Origin: Elusimicrobiota bacterium
GTDB lineage: Bacteria > Elusimicrobiota > Endomicrobiia > Endomicrobiales > JBDRNC01
Assembly (NCBI GenBank): GCA_043811535.1
Contig: JBDRNC010000017.1
Span: 96,001 to 160,000 of the forward strand
Length of the DNA stretch: 64,000 nt
Reading direction: 5' to 3'
Below are positions 19,582-28,805 of the stretch, piece after piece. Position 1 is the first letter of the stretch. Every line of letters begins with the position of its first letter. A model generated the notes under the pieces. That model was not told where the DNA came from and did not search any database. It was given only the letters and a program-made list of their open reading frames with translations. Both the position numbers and the translations under genes were made by a program.

Positions 19582-20820
19582 TTAGTTTTTATTCAATATT
19601 CTTTTCATCATTTTAAATAAACCCGAATTTTGCAAAAATTCTTCAATGAAATATACGTATATTTGATAAATACTTACGGTTTTATGCCTTAGAATGATCG
19701 ACAATTCTTCAAAAATCAGCTTAAACTTCAGCATTTTGACAAACTTAAAAATGAGACGGAATCTAAATGATGTGAAGATTTTCAAATATATGCTATCAAG
19801 ATAGATTGTAACATCCTTGTATTTTTTAATCTTTCTTTGCGCGTTGACCGTTTTAAACAGCATCGGTACAACAGATTTGACATCGTAATCCTTAATTGCC
19901 CTGAGATGTCCTTTCAGGGCCATTCTTTCTCTTTTTTCATCGTATTTGAGATAATACCGTATTTTATCGAGCAATTCCTCTTTATCTCTGAAAACATCTA
20001 TTTCTTCGCCAATATTGAAAAGCAATTCGGTGCCAGGGGCGTATTCAGTCAATGAGAAGCTGCCGCAGAGCGCTGATTCAATTATTCTGCCTTTTAATTG
20101 GAGCCTTCTCTTGTGAATATTAAATTGTGTTGTAAATGTCGTCTCATCAGTAATTCCGGAAAAATTTAAATTGATTTTACTCTTATTGAAAGTGAGTATT
20201 TTTTCTTCAAATGCAATTTTCCCTTCCGGCGTGTCATCGCCGAATATTTTAACATCCACGCCGTTATTCTGTAAGTATTGAATATATGTGCTGCGGGATA
20301 ATTTATGTTTGGTCAGGCCAATGAATGAAACATCAATAGTTTTCTTGATTCCTGGAATGTTTCTGTATCGAATTGGGTCGAAGAAACCCCAATAAGTCAT
20401 AGCATTAACACCCATCCAGTTAAACATCGATGGAGTGGCAAAATCCGTGACAAGAACAAGATCGGCGATCTGTGACTGGTATTGGTTAATCACTTCGAAA
20501 TAATGCTCGGTATCGCTAACAGAGTAGATTAAAAAGATATTCGGCAATAATTTCCTAAGAAGAACGATATCTAAAAAGAAATTCGGAGCAAATATCAGGA
20601 CATTGAATCCGTTAGAAGTAACATAGCGGGCGATATGTTCATGAGTGGGTGAAAAACCATTTTTCAGGTAAAATTCTACGTAATCCAAGCTTTCAGTGTA
20701 TTTGTATTTCATCATCTCGTTGACGAAATCGACGCCCGAGTATTCGCTTCCCTTGGCGTTGCCGAGGATTAGAATTTTCATTTTATCATGATCACTAAAG
20801 GTTTCATTCATTGGATTCAT
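19582..20820 (-). CDS. CgeB-like GT-B glycosyltransferase
   Basis: IDVSFIG, SKINLNF, KGRIIE, EYAPG, KEELLDKIRYYL; paralogue of 4723-5970. Confidence 0.75.
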   Translation of the reverse strand: MNPMNETFSDHDKMKILILGNAKGSEYSGVDFVNEMMKYKYTESLDYVEFYLKNGFSPTHEHIARYVTSNGFNVLIFAPNFFLDIVLLRKLLPNIFLIYSVSDTEHYFEVINQYQSQIADLVLVTDFATPSMFNWMGVNAMTYWGFFDPIRYRNIPGIKKTIDVSFIGLTKHKLSRSTYIQYLQNNGVDVKIFGDDTPEGKIAFEEKILTFNKSKINLNFSGITDETTFTTQFNIHKRRLQLKGRIIESALCGSFSLTEYAPGTELLFNIGEEIDVFRDKEELLDKIRYYLKYDEKRERMALKGHLRAIKDYDVKSVVPMLFKTVNAQRKIKKYKDVTIYLDSIYLKIFTSFRFRLIFKFVKMLKFKLIFEELSIILRHKTVSIYQIYVYFIEEFLQNSGLFKMMKRILNKN

Positions 20821-20968
20821 AATATCATCATACTATTTTACGTCAATTCCGCGGTTGTGCCCGCCGCGGCGGGTCTGACTCCTGTCGGGGGAGGAATGCG
20901 AGCAGAGCCGTCCGACTTCGTATGGACTCCATAAATATGCCTAAGGAACTCGCGGGAGGTCGCGTGAT

Positions 20969-22606
20969 TTATTCCCTTTCGGCGATGTCCGGAGGGGCTC
21001 CGCCCTGGTTAAGCTTATTGATCTTCCATGATTTATCGCCAAATCTGTTTTTAAGAATCTTATAAAGTTTTACTGACAAATACTTTTTGAATATTGAGTT
21101 GACGATATATGCTCTGTATCGATAATAAAACCCGTACATTTTCGTAATGAAATCGATTTCAATCATAAATTTGAAATATTGATTTTTATAGCGCCATCTT
21201 GCAATCTTGGAAAGTAAATAGCTTATATAGCTATGTGCGTATGGAAGTCCCGTATTGTCGTTAAGTTCCTTAAAATCCTGATATGAACTAAGATCGCGAT
21301 AAAACACTCCTGGAGATAATTTTAAGAGGTTGCAGCACATTAAGGCATGTTCCTTCGGAACCCATGTTATATTTTTCAAATCGACGGGCAGTTTATAATT
21401 GCCCCATTCTTCGAGAGAGGTCGGTATCTTGTAATTGTAGTTGTTAGTCAGGAGATCGAAAATAGGTGTGCCTGGTAGAGGCATTAGGTTCACAATTCCA
21501 ATAAAAATGTATTTGTTGTTTTCAGATAGTTCATTAATAAGTTTACATGTCGCATTAATGTCTTCAGTCGTTTCTGTAGGGAAACAATTAATAAATACCA
21601 GTCTGTGTGCGATGCCGTACTTGCTTAAAACACCGGTAGTCCTTACGATTTGTTCAACAGTAATATCTTTTTTTATGACTTCATTCAGCATTCTTTGGGA
21701 ACCGGATTCGGCGCCAAAGCCCATGTAATAGCAGCCCGACTCCTTCAATAATTTAGGAAATGCCTCGCCGTACTTGGCGTATGCCTTGTCGAATGAATCA
21801 AATCTACAAAAAGAAGTCCAGCGGATATTCAGCCCTTTTCGTTTGACCGATTCAAAAATACTTAAGACTCTTGCAGGATCTATGAAAAATTCATCTTCAT
21901 AATCAAAATTAAAGTTTCGTATATTATAGTTTTTGTAAAGAAATTCGATTTCTTCGGCTACACGTTCAGAGGATTTTGTCCGGTACTTTCTTTTATTAAA
22001 GTAAGTACTGTAACAGAAACTGCACCTGTACGGGCAACCTCTGGATGTATGCACGGGTAAAACGCTGGATTTTAGGAATTTTGTGCCCAGCAAGTGATAC
22101 GGAAGGTCAATATCAAGAGTATCCATGTCAATATAATCACGGGAAGGGTTAATTACTGTATTTCCTTCTTTATTCTTATAGGCAATACCCTTTACACAGG
22201 ACAGATCTTTTTTATTAAGTAATGTGTCGGCAAGATCTTTTACGGTTTCCTCTCCTTCGCCGATTACAACAATGTCGATATATTCATTCTGCAGCGATTG
22301 TTCCGGCAGGACAGAAGGATGGACTCCGCCCAGTACTATCGGTATTCCGCTGTCGTATTCCTTTATTAATTTTGCTATACGAAGACCGGTAGATATCATT
22401 TTCCCGGTCAACATTGTTATTCCTACGAATAAATAGTCGTCCTTTTTTAGATTACGGATACTTTCAACACTTAAATTTAGTATGGAAACATCAATATTCT
22501 GTTTGATGAGAGAATGTGCCACATAAAGCAATCCCAAGGGATATGTGAATCCCCAAAAGGATAGTTCTGAAGGATAAATCAATAAGACTTTAGGCTTTGT
22601 AAACAT
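20969..22606 (-). CDS. Cobalamin-binding radical SAM protein
   Basis: YPLGLLYVA, GGVHPS, GEGEET, TSRGCPYRCSFC, GAESGS. Confidence 0.9.
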   Translation of the reverse strand: MFTKPKVLLIYPSELSFWGFTYPLGLLYVAHSLIKQNIDVSILNLSVESIRNLKKDDYLFVGITMLTGKMISTGLRIAKLIKEYDSGIPIVLGGVHPSVLPEQSLQNEYIDIVVIGEGEETVKDLADTLLNKKDLSCVKGIAYKNKEGNTVINPSRDYIDMDTLDIDLPYHLLGTKFLKSSVLPVHTSRGCPYRCSFCYSTYFNKRKYRTKSSERVAEEIEFLYKNYNIRNFNFDYEDEFFIDPARVLSIFESVKRKGLNIRWTSFCRFDSFDKAYAKYGEAFPKLLKESGCYYMGFGAESGSQRMLNEVIKKDITVEQIVRTTGVLSKYGIAHRLVFINCFPTETTEDINATCKLINELSENNKYIFIGIVNLMPLPGTPIFDLLTNNYNYKIPTSLEEWGNYKLPVDLKNITWVPKEHALMCCNLLKLSPGVFYRDLSSYQDFKELNDNTGLPYAHSYISYLLSKIARWRYKNQYFKFMIEIDFITKMYGFYYRYRAYIVNSIFKKYLSVKLYKILKNRFGDKSWKINKLNQGGAPPDIAERE

Positions 22607-22636
22607 TTTTTTAAGAAATTAATGACATGTGTTATT

Positions 22637-23695
22637 TTAGAATGGGCCTTTGAATTCCTTGTAAAGTTTTCTTTTTAAATCCGCCGAAGGTAATTCCTTG
22701 CCGTGTCTTTCCTTGCCTAGGACCAGTTTATATATACTATCAACAAGTGTTCCTATGTCAGGATAAAAGTAGTTTTCGAGCGTTTTGGCAGTCGGGCACG
22801 GGACAGGGGCCATTGATATGTTGATAACAGGTTTTTTAAGCAGTTCGGGCGCGCAAGACGATATAATCCTGCAAACCTCTGAGCACACGCCGAATGACGG
22901 CCATCCCGTGTCGGCAACTATCAGCCTGCCGGTTTTTCTGACACTTTCAAGCAAAAGTTGAGCATCCATATGCGAAATGCAGTGAAGATCGATGATTTCA
23001 GCGTCGATGCCTTCTTTTTCCTTGACGAAATTCGCGGCGTTCTTCGCTTCAACCACCATAAAAGATGTCGCTGCGATAGTTACATCCTTGCCGGGCTTAA
23101 CAATATGAGAAGTAAAGGGGTTATTTGCCGCTTTGCTTCCTTCCTCTGGATTGAACGAAAAATCGTAAAGCAGTCTGTGCTCGAGCGAAAGCACGGGAGA
23201 CTTATATTTGTTAACGGCGTAAGAATAATTATCGATAACGCTCTGTGCGGAGCTAGGCATGATCACGGTCAGTCCGGGAATATGGGCGAACAGGGCCTGC
23301 AGGCTCTGCGAATGCTGCGCGCCCTGCCCCCAGCTTCTCCCGATTATAGCGCGCATAAGCAACGGCATATCAAACAACTCCCCGTACATATACTTGTACT
23401 TGGCTATGGAATTCACTATCTGATTCATCGCCAGCATAAGAAAGTCTACTCTGATATAAATATGGATAGGGTAGATACCATTCAGCGCGGCGCCCACGGA
23501 AAAACCAGTCATTGATTCTTCAGATAAAGGAGTATCAAATACTCTGTCTGAGCCGAATTCTTTTTCCAGGTTAAGAGTTGTCCCGAATATGCCCGTGAAA
23601 TCCGTAACACCAAGCCCGTAGATAATGGATTTTGGATTATCCTTCAACGCGCTGCGCATGCTTTGAGCTATTGCTTCGCGGTAAGTTTGAACCAT
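22637..23695 (-). CDS. TPP-dependent 2-oxoacid dehydrogenase E1 beta/transketolase C-terminal-like subunit
   Basis: RVFDTPLSE, GRSWGQGAQHSQ, SVRKTGRL. Start moved to ATG 23695, just after the alpha-subunit stop. Confidence 0.88.
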   Translation of the reverse strand: MVQTYREAIAQSMRSALKDNPKSIIYGLGVTDFTGIFGTTLNLEKEFGSDRVFDTPLSEESMTGFSVGAALNGIYPIHIYIRVDFLMLAMNQIVNSIAKYKYMYGELFDMPLLMRAIIGRSWGQGAQHSQSLQALFAHIPGLTVIMPSSAQSVIDNYSYAVNKYKSPVLSLEHRLLYDFSFNPEEGSKAANNPFTSHIVKPGKDVTIAATSFMVVEAKNAANFVKEKEGIDAEIIDLHCISHMDAQLLLESVRKTGRLIVADTGWPSFGVCSEVCRIISSCAPELLKKPVINISMAPVPCPTAKTLENYFYPDIGTLVDSIYKLVLGKERHGKELPSADLKRKLYKEFKGPF

Positions 23696-23697
23696 GG

Positions 23698-24621
23698 TCA
23701 GTAGCATCCTTTGAGCAGGTCGCATTGATCCGGGAACGGGCTTTGCTCCGCGAAGGCGACCGCGTCATTGATTTCTTTTTCTATGCGTTTACCGAATTTC
23801 GATATCAAGTCGCGGTTGTTTATCAGAGGATCTCTTTTTTCGTACTTTTCACATTCGGAGCGGTCTCTGTATTTATGTTTGAAATCCTCTTCAACTCCGA
23901 CATGTCCCCTGTACCTATACGTCATTATTTCAAGTATGGCTGGAGTTCCTGTTTCTTTGATTTTACGCGTGATTTCTTCCGTCATAGAGGCGACTTTATC
24001 CATGTCAAAATTGTCTTCGATAATGTAATACGATATACAGTACGCATCGGCAAGTTTTTTAAGGCTGAATGACTGGCGCGTTTTAAGGGGCGAATGGATG
24101 GCCAGTCCGTTGTTTTCAATGACAAATAGCAGAGGAAGCCTCTTCAGCGAGGCGAAATTAAGGCACTCGTTGAAAACACCTTCTTCGGTGGAGCCGTCGC
24201 CCGTGACGGATACCACGATATTATCCTTCTTGAAAAATTTTAACGCGTAAGCGGCGCCGAGCGTGTGCGACAGCGTGGCGCCGACTATGGCAGAAGACCC
24301 CATCATGTTTACTTCCGGCGCCGTCAGATGCATCGAACCGGCTTTGCCTTTGGAAATACCCGTGGATTTACCGAAGAGCTCTGCGAACATCTTCTTGATG
24401 TCCCCTCCTTTGGCCAAGTAAACAGCGTGGCCGCGGTAGGTAGTGAAGACCTGATCTTCCTTTTTTAACCGGGACATGATTGCCGCTATGTGGTGTTCCT
24501 GCCCTACGGATAGGTGGACGGGGCTCTGAATCTTGTCGGAAGGATATAGTTCCGTGATCTTTTCTTCTACCATGCGTATCCTGAGGGCCTGGTAAAAAAT
24601 ATCTTCGTATTTTGCGTTCAT
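23698..24621 (-). CDS. TPP-dependent E1 alpha-like subunit
   Basis: HLSVGQE, YRGH, GKAGSMH, GDGSTEEG...ENN TPP motif, TYRYRGH. Confidence 0.9.
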   Translation of the reverse strand: MNAKYEDIFYQALRIRMVEEKITELYPSDKIQSPVHLSVGQEHHIAAIMSRLKKEDQVFTTYRGHAVYLAKGGDIKKMFAELFGKSTGISKGKAGSMHLTAPEVNMMGSSAIVGATLSHTLGAAYALKFFKKDNIVVSVTGDGSTEEGVFNECLNFASLKRLPLLFVIENNGLAIHSPLKTRQSFSLKKLADAYCISYYIIEDNFDMDKVASMTEEITRKIKETGTPAILEIMTYRYRGHVGVEEDFKHKYRDRSECEKYEKRDPLINNRDLISKFGKRIEKEINDAVAFAEQSPFPDQCDLLKGCY

Positions 24622-25610
24622 TTCGCGGTCCTTTTTCTGACTTCATTCCTGCAGCTCTCAAGCAGGAACTTTACGCTTTCCTCAAAACTGTATTTCGGCT
24701 TCCATCCCGTAGCTCTCCTGAACTTTGAGGTGTCAGGTATCTGAAGAGTGACATCGGCGGGACGGAAGAGCTTGCGGTCGGCTTTGGAAGGTATCCTGAC
24801 TTTCGCCAGCTTCTTCAAGATGTCAAGGAATTCGCCCACTTTAATTATAGTTGTTCCTCCGATGTTGTACGCTTCGCCGAACTTGCATTTTACGGTGGCA
24901 ACCCAGTAGGATTCCATAGCGTCGCGCACGTCAATTATCGTCCTGACAGAGTTGAGATTGCCGTGCAGCAGGACTTTCTGAAGCCCTGCCTCGATCCTGG
25001 CCACCTGAAGCGCGAAAGACGTAGCGAAAAGATCGAAACGTCTTGGATTTATATAAGCGAACATGCGGGTCCTGATTATTTTCATTCCGTAGCTTTTGAA
25101 ATACATGTAACCCATCAGGTCCTGCGTCACTTTTGAGACAGCATAGGGGCTGGAAGGGTTCAACGGGCAAGTTTCTTTTATAGGGACGTTCTTGGGATCC
25201 ACCTGGCCGTAAACTTCAGACGTGCTGCAAAGCTGGATTACAGGGTCAATGCCAGCCGAGCGGACCGCTTCGAATAAATTAGCGGTGCCCATGATGTTGT
25301 TGTTCAACACGGAAAGCGGGGTTATGAAGGATGCCCTGACATTGGCGTGCGAAGCGATATGGAATATTGCTTCCGGCCTTGCCAATCTCAGTACGGAAAG
25401 CACCGAGCTGAAGTCCGTAAGGTCGCACTCGTGAAGCGTCAACCGCCCCGTCGCATGTTTCAAATTGACATTTGCCGCTGTACTATGCCACCTGGATATC
25501 CCGTGCAATTTTACGCCCGGATGATTATCAGCGATGTAATCCGCGAGGTAGCTGCCGCCCGAACCGCTTACGCCGGTGATCAACGCGCATCTAATTTTTC
25601 TGGGTTTCAT
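24618..25610 (-). CDS. GDP-sugar (mannose/heptose) 4,6-dehydratase-like
   Basis: ALITGVSGSGG, STSEVYG, SPYAVSK, GNLNSVR, FRPADV. Confidence 0.8.
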   Translation of the reverse strand: MKPRKIRCALITGVSGSGGSYLADYIADNHPGVKLHGISRWHSTAANVNLKHATGRLTLHECDLTDFSSVLSVLRLARPEAIFHIASHANVRASFITPLSVLNNNIMGTANLFEAVRSAGIDPVIQLCSTSEVYGQVDPKNVPIKETCPLNPSSPYAVSKVTQDLMGYMYFKSYGMKIIRTRMFAYINPRRFDLFATSFALQVARIEAGLQKVLLHGNLNSVRTIIDVRDAMESYWVATVKCKFGEAYNIGGTTIIKVGEFLDILKKLAKVRIPSKADRKLFRPADVTLQIPDTSKFRRATGWKPKYSFEESVKFLLESCRNEVRKRTAK

Positions 25611-25648
25611 TGTAGTTCCTTTTAAACCATGGAGATATAGAATCGTTT

Positions 25649-26587
25649 TTAGACATTCCCAAGAAATGAATTTTTAATGATCTTGTAGGCTTTTATAAGC
25701 TCATTTATGCCTTTATCGAGCCCGAACTCCGGTTTGAATCCGGTCTTTTCTATTTTTTCATTTGAGACTATGTAATCACGTTTATCGGCGTCTTCACCCA
25801 CAGGGGCTTCCATTATCACAAAACCGGGCACGTGTTTCTTTATCCTCTCGCACAGCTCGAGCTTGGAAAGGTTCGCGTCCGACAGGCCGATATTATACGC
25901 GTTGTTCTTCATTTTTTCAAAATTATCCATCGTGTGGATGAAAGCTTTCGAAACATCGCGGACATGGATGAAGTTTCTCTTGAAATGCCCTTCAAAAATT
26001 ACGATAAAACTATCGTACATAGCTCTGTAGACGAAGTCGTTCACCATCAGATCAATACGCATTCTCGGAGATGTCCCGAACACGGTGGCCAGTCTCAGGC
26101 TTACCGAGTTTCCCCTGTCCAGCACGATTTTTTCCGCTTCGATCTTTGTAGTTCCATAGAGCGTGATGGGTTTCAGCGGTGTTTCTTCGGTGCAAAACTT
26201 GTCCTTTTGCCCTATGCCGTAACCGCTGTTCGTGTTAGGCAGTATTATTATCTGGTTTTTACTTGAGTTGGCGGCTATCAATTTTACCGCGTCGATATTT
26301 ATCGACCTTGCCGCTGTTTTGTCCATGTTGCAAGCGGGTGCGCCTACTATAGCAGCAAGAGGGATTATTATATCCGCCTTTTTCAGCAGGGGTTTGACCA
26401 TGGATTCGTCGCGCACATCACCCTTCACTACCGAAAAATCATCATAGTGGCAGCAGTCAAGAAGCGAATTCTGCTTGTACATGAAGTTGTCAAGGACCGT
26501 AACTTTGTTTCCCAGAGAGAGAAGTTTTGGAACCATAACGGAGCCGATATATCCTGCCCCTCCTGTCACAAGAATGTTGTAACTCAT
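25649..26587 (-). CDS. NAD-dependent epimerase/dehydratase (extended SDR)
   Basis: TGGAGYIG, LAAIVG, LYGTTK, RLATVFG.SPRMR.DL. Confidence 0.88.
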   Translation of the reverse strand: MSYNILVTGGAGYIGSVMVPKLLSLGNKVTVLDNFMYKQNSLLDCCHYDDFSVVKGDVRDESMVKPLLKKADIIIPLAAIVGAPACNMDKTAARSINIDAVKLIAANSSKNQIIILPNTNSGYGIGQKDKFCTEETPLKPITLYGTTKIEAEKIVLDRGNSVSLRLATVFGTSPRMRIDLMVNDFVYRAMYDSFIVIFEGHFKRNFIHVRDVSKAFIHTMDNFEKMKNNAYNIGLSDANLSKLELCERIKKHVPGFVIMEAPVGEDADKRDYIVSNEKIEKTGFKPEFGLDKGINELIKAYKIIKNSFLGNV

Positions 26588-26625
26588 TTAATCTCCTCAT
26601 CCGCCTGTCCGGCGCGGCCCGCGCG

Positions 26626-27792
26626 CTAGATATTTTTTAGCGTTTTGTGCAAGTAGTCTATCTTATCTCGGATATCGTAAGGATAATTCCCTACGAAAAA
26701 TCCGTTGTAATGCGCGAATCTCGCGTTTTCGCACCTGGAGCCTGCGAGTTTAAAATATTTTACCACATCGTGACAAAGAATGCATCCCCCTGTTATTATC
26801 CTGAATTCTATCCCGGCGTTTTTGAGTCTCCTGAGTATCTTTTCGCGGTTAACCCCTTGCTTTGTGTTTACTATCATCGTGAAGCAGAACCACGAACTCT
26901 CGGCGCACCGTGTTTCATTCTGGATAATGAATCTATCGTCATTTTGAAAGAGTTTCTTGAAATATTGCGCATTTTTCCTTCTTATTTCAAGGAACCTGTC
27001 CAGTTTCTTAAGTTGTATCTTCCCGAGAACTCCGTTCATTTCTCCGGGACGCACGTTATATCCCGGAAGGATGAACCTGTAGGCTTCAAAAAAATCGTCG
27101 TATTTTTTCCTGAATATTCCGCTATGAGCGTCAATGCCCCTGGTCCATCCATGGTTTCTCAGGGATTTCGCCAGGTTGAACAGCTCCTTGTCGTCCGTCA
27201 GGATAAGCCCGCCTTCCATTGTTGAAATATGATGGGAGAAGAAAGTGCTGAACGTGTTGATAAGGCCGAAAGTTCCCGTGAATTTGCCCCCGAATGTCGC
27301 TCCCATAGACTCACAATTGTCTTCAAACAGTATGAGGCCGTGTTTCCTGCAAAATTCGGTTATTCTGTCGAACCGGCACGGGTTGCCGAGTACGCTGACG
27401 GCGACGACCATCCTCGTCCTTGGAGTAAGGGCTTTTTCAAGCTGTTCGACGTCTATGTTCAGCGTGTCAATGTCGACGTCTACAAATCGCATTTTAAGCC
27501 CATACTGGTGAAGAGGATAATATGTAGTGCTCCATGAAATACTCGGCACGATAACTTCGTCTCCGGGTTTAAGCGGAGCGTGTTTCCTGTAAAAAAGAGA
27601 AGCCACCGCGATTAAATTGGCAGAAGAACCGGAATTGACCATGACAGCGTGTTTTTTGCCGAAATAGCGCGCGAACTGTTCTTCGAATTCCCGGACATGC
27701 CCGCCCATGGTAAACTGGTCGCTGTCCACTACTTTTTTCATCGCTTTTCTTTCTTCATCGGTGAAAGTTGACCGGAGAAGCTCGTATTTCAT
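26626..27792 (-). CDS. DegT-family PLP enzyme, ColD-type GDP-4-keto-6-deoxy-sugar 3-dehydratase
   Basis: VNSGSSANL, EDNCESMGA, STFFSHHISTMEGG (His in place of the Schiff-base Lys), GYNVRP. Start 27792 overlaps the hddA stop (ATGA). Confidence 0.82.
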   Translation of the reverse strand: MKYELLRSTFTDEERKAMKKVVDSDQFTMGGHVREFEEQFARYFGKKHAVMVNSGSSANLIAVASLFYRKHAPLKPGDEVIVPSISWSTTYYPLHQYGLKMRFVDVDIDTLNIDVEQLEKALTPRTRMVVAVSVLGNPCRFDRITEFCRKHGLILFEDNCESMGATFGGKFTGTFGLINTFSTFFSHHISTMEGGLILTDDKELFNLAKSLRNHGWTRGIDAHSGIFRKKYDDFFEAYRFILPGYNVRPGEMNGVLGKIQLKKLDRFLEIRRKNAQYFKKLFQNDDRFIIQNETRCAESSWFCFTMIVNTKQGVNREKILRRLKNAGIEFRIITGGCILCHDVVKYFKLAGSRCENARFAHYNGFFVGNYPYDIRDKIDYLHKTLKNI

Positions 27793-28805
27793 AATTTTCC
27801 CTTCCATGTCTTCGCGTAATTCGGTTTATAAAAGATTATTTCAGAACCCGAATAATCGAATTCAAAAGGTATGTGCAGGAATTTTCCCAAAGCTTCCTTC
27901 ACTTTGAGCTGTTTATCGGGTTCGGCGTAAAACAACATGAACCCGCCGCCGCCGGCGCCGAGGAGTTTTCCGCCGAGCGCGCCGTTTTTTAAAGCGGTGT
28001 TATAAATCTCGTCGATCAGGCTGTTGCTTATCATGGCTGAAAGGCTGCGTTTCAGTTTCCATGTTTCATTAAGCAATGTTCCGAATGCGGAAAAATCGGG
28101 TTTTATGGAAGTTACAATATTGTAAGCATCGTCAACGAGAGCCGACATGGTGTTGAGCTCGGAACTGTTTTTCTTGGTGTTTTTAATTTGTTCTTTGGCT
28201 ATATCAGAAGCATTCCTCGAAATACCCGTGAAAAAAAGCATGAATTTACTCTCGAATTGCGTGAGGTGCTCGCGCGTCATAATAACCGGCGTGACGACGA
28301 TCTCGCCGTTTTCCATAAAATCTATCTTATTAAGCCCGCCGCAAGCGGCGAATACCTGGTCCTGGGAGCCGACATTTTCCTTTATAAGGTTCTGCTCTAT
28401 GTGAATTGCGTCCTCGAAAAGCTCTTTACTGGAAATCACCTTTCCATTGAGAGCGTACATAGCTTTGAGAAAGCCGACAGTAAACGACGAACTTGACCCC
28501 ATGCCAGACCGCGCCGGGATATCCCCGTCGTGGTGAACTGAAATACCTTTGCTGTATTTTATGAATTTCAGCGTTTCCCTGACGGATGGGTGCCTAATTT
28601 CTTCGACGTGTTTCGAGTTTTCAATGATTGAATAGACTATCCTGTGCTTATGTTCGAAGAAAGGCGGAAGCTCCCGCACGACAAGATAGCAGTATTTATC
28701 GATTGCAACTCCCAGAACTTTGCCTCCGTGGTTGAGATACCATGAGGGATAATCCGTGCCGCCGCCGAAAAATGAGATCCTGTGAGGCGTTTTAGTGATG
28801 ATCAT
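27789..28805 (-). CDS. hddA: GHMP kinase, D-glycero-D-manno-heptose-7-phosphate 1-kinase-like
   Basis: TPHRISFFGGGTD, PARSGMGSSS, VGSQDQ, GGKLLGAGGGGF. Confidence 0.8.
   Translation of the reverse strand: MIITKTPHRISFFGGGTDYPSWYLNHGGKVLGVAIDKYCYLVVRELPPFFEHKHRIVYSIIENSKHVEEIRHPSVRETLKFIKYSKGISVHHDGDIPARSGMGSSSSFTVGFLKAMYALNGKVISSKELFEDAIHIEQNLIKENVGSQDQVFAACGGLNKIDFMENGEIVVTPVIMTREHLTQFESKFMLFFTGISRNASDIAKEQIKNTKKNSSELNTMSALVDDAYNIVTSIKPDFSAFGTLLNETWKLKRSLSAMISNSLIDEIYNTALKNGALGGKLLGAGGGGFMLFYAEPDKQLKVKEALGKFLHIPFEFDYSGSEIIFYKPNYAKTWKGKL

Noticed and set aside
22637..24621. Housekeeping pyruvate dehydrogenase pdhAB
   Set aside because: No E2/E3 genes nearby, and the pair is coupled to NDP-sugar genes.
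26626..27792. Sugar aminotransferase (perosamine synthase or GnnB)
   Set aside because: The Schiff-base Lys position is His (SHHIST), the hallmark of ColD/E1-type dehydratases.
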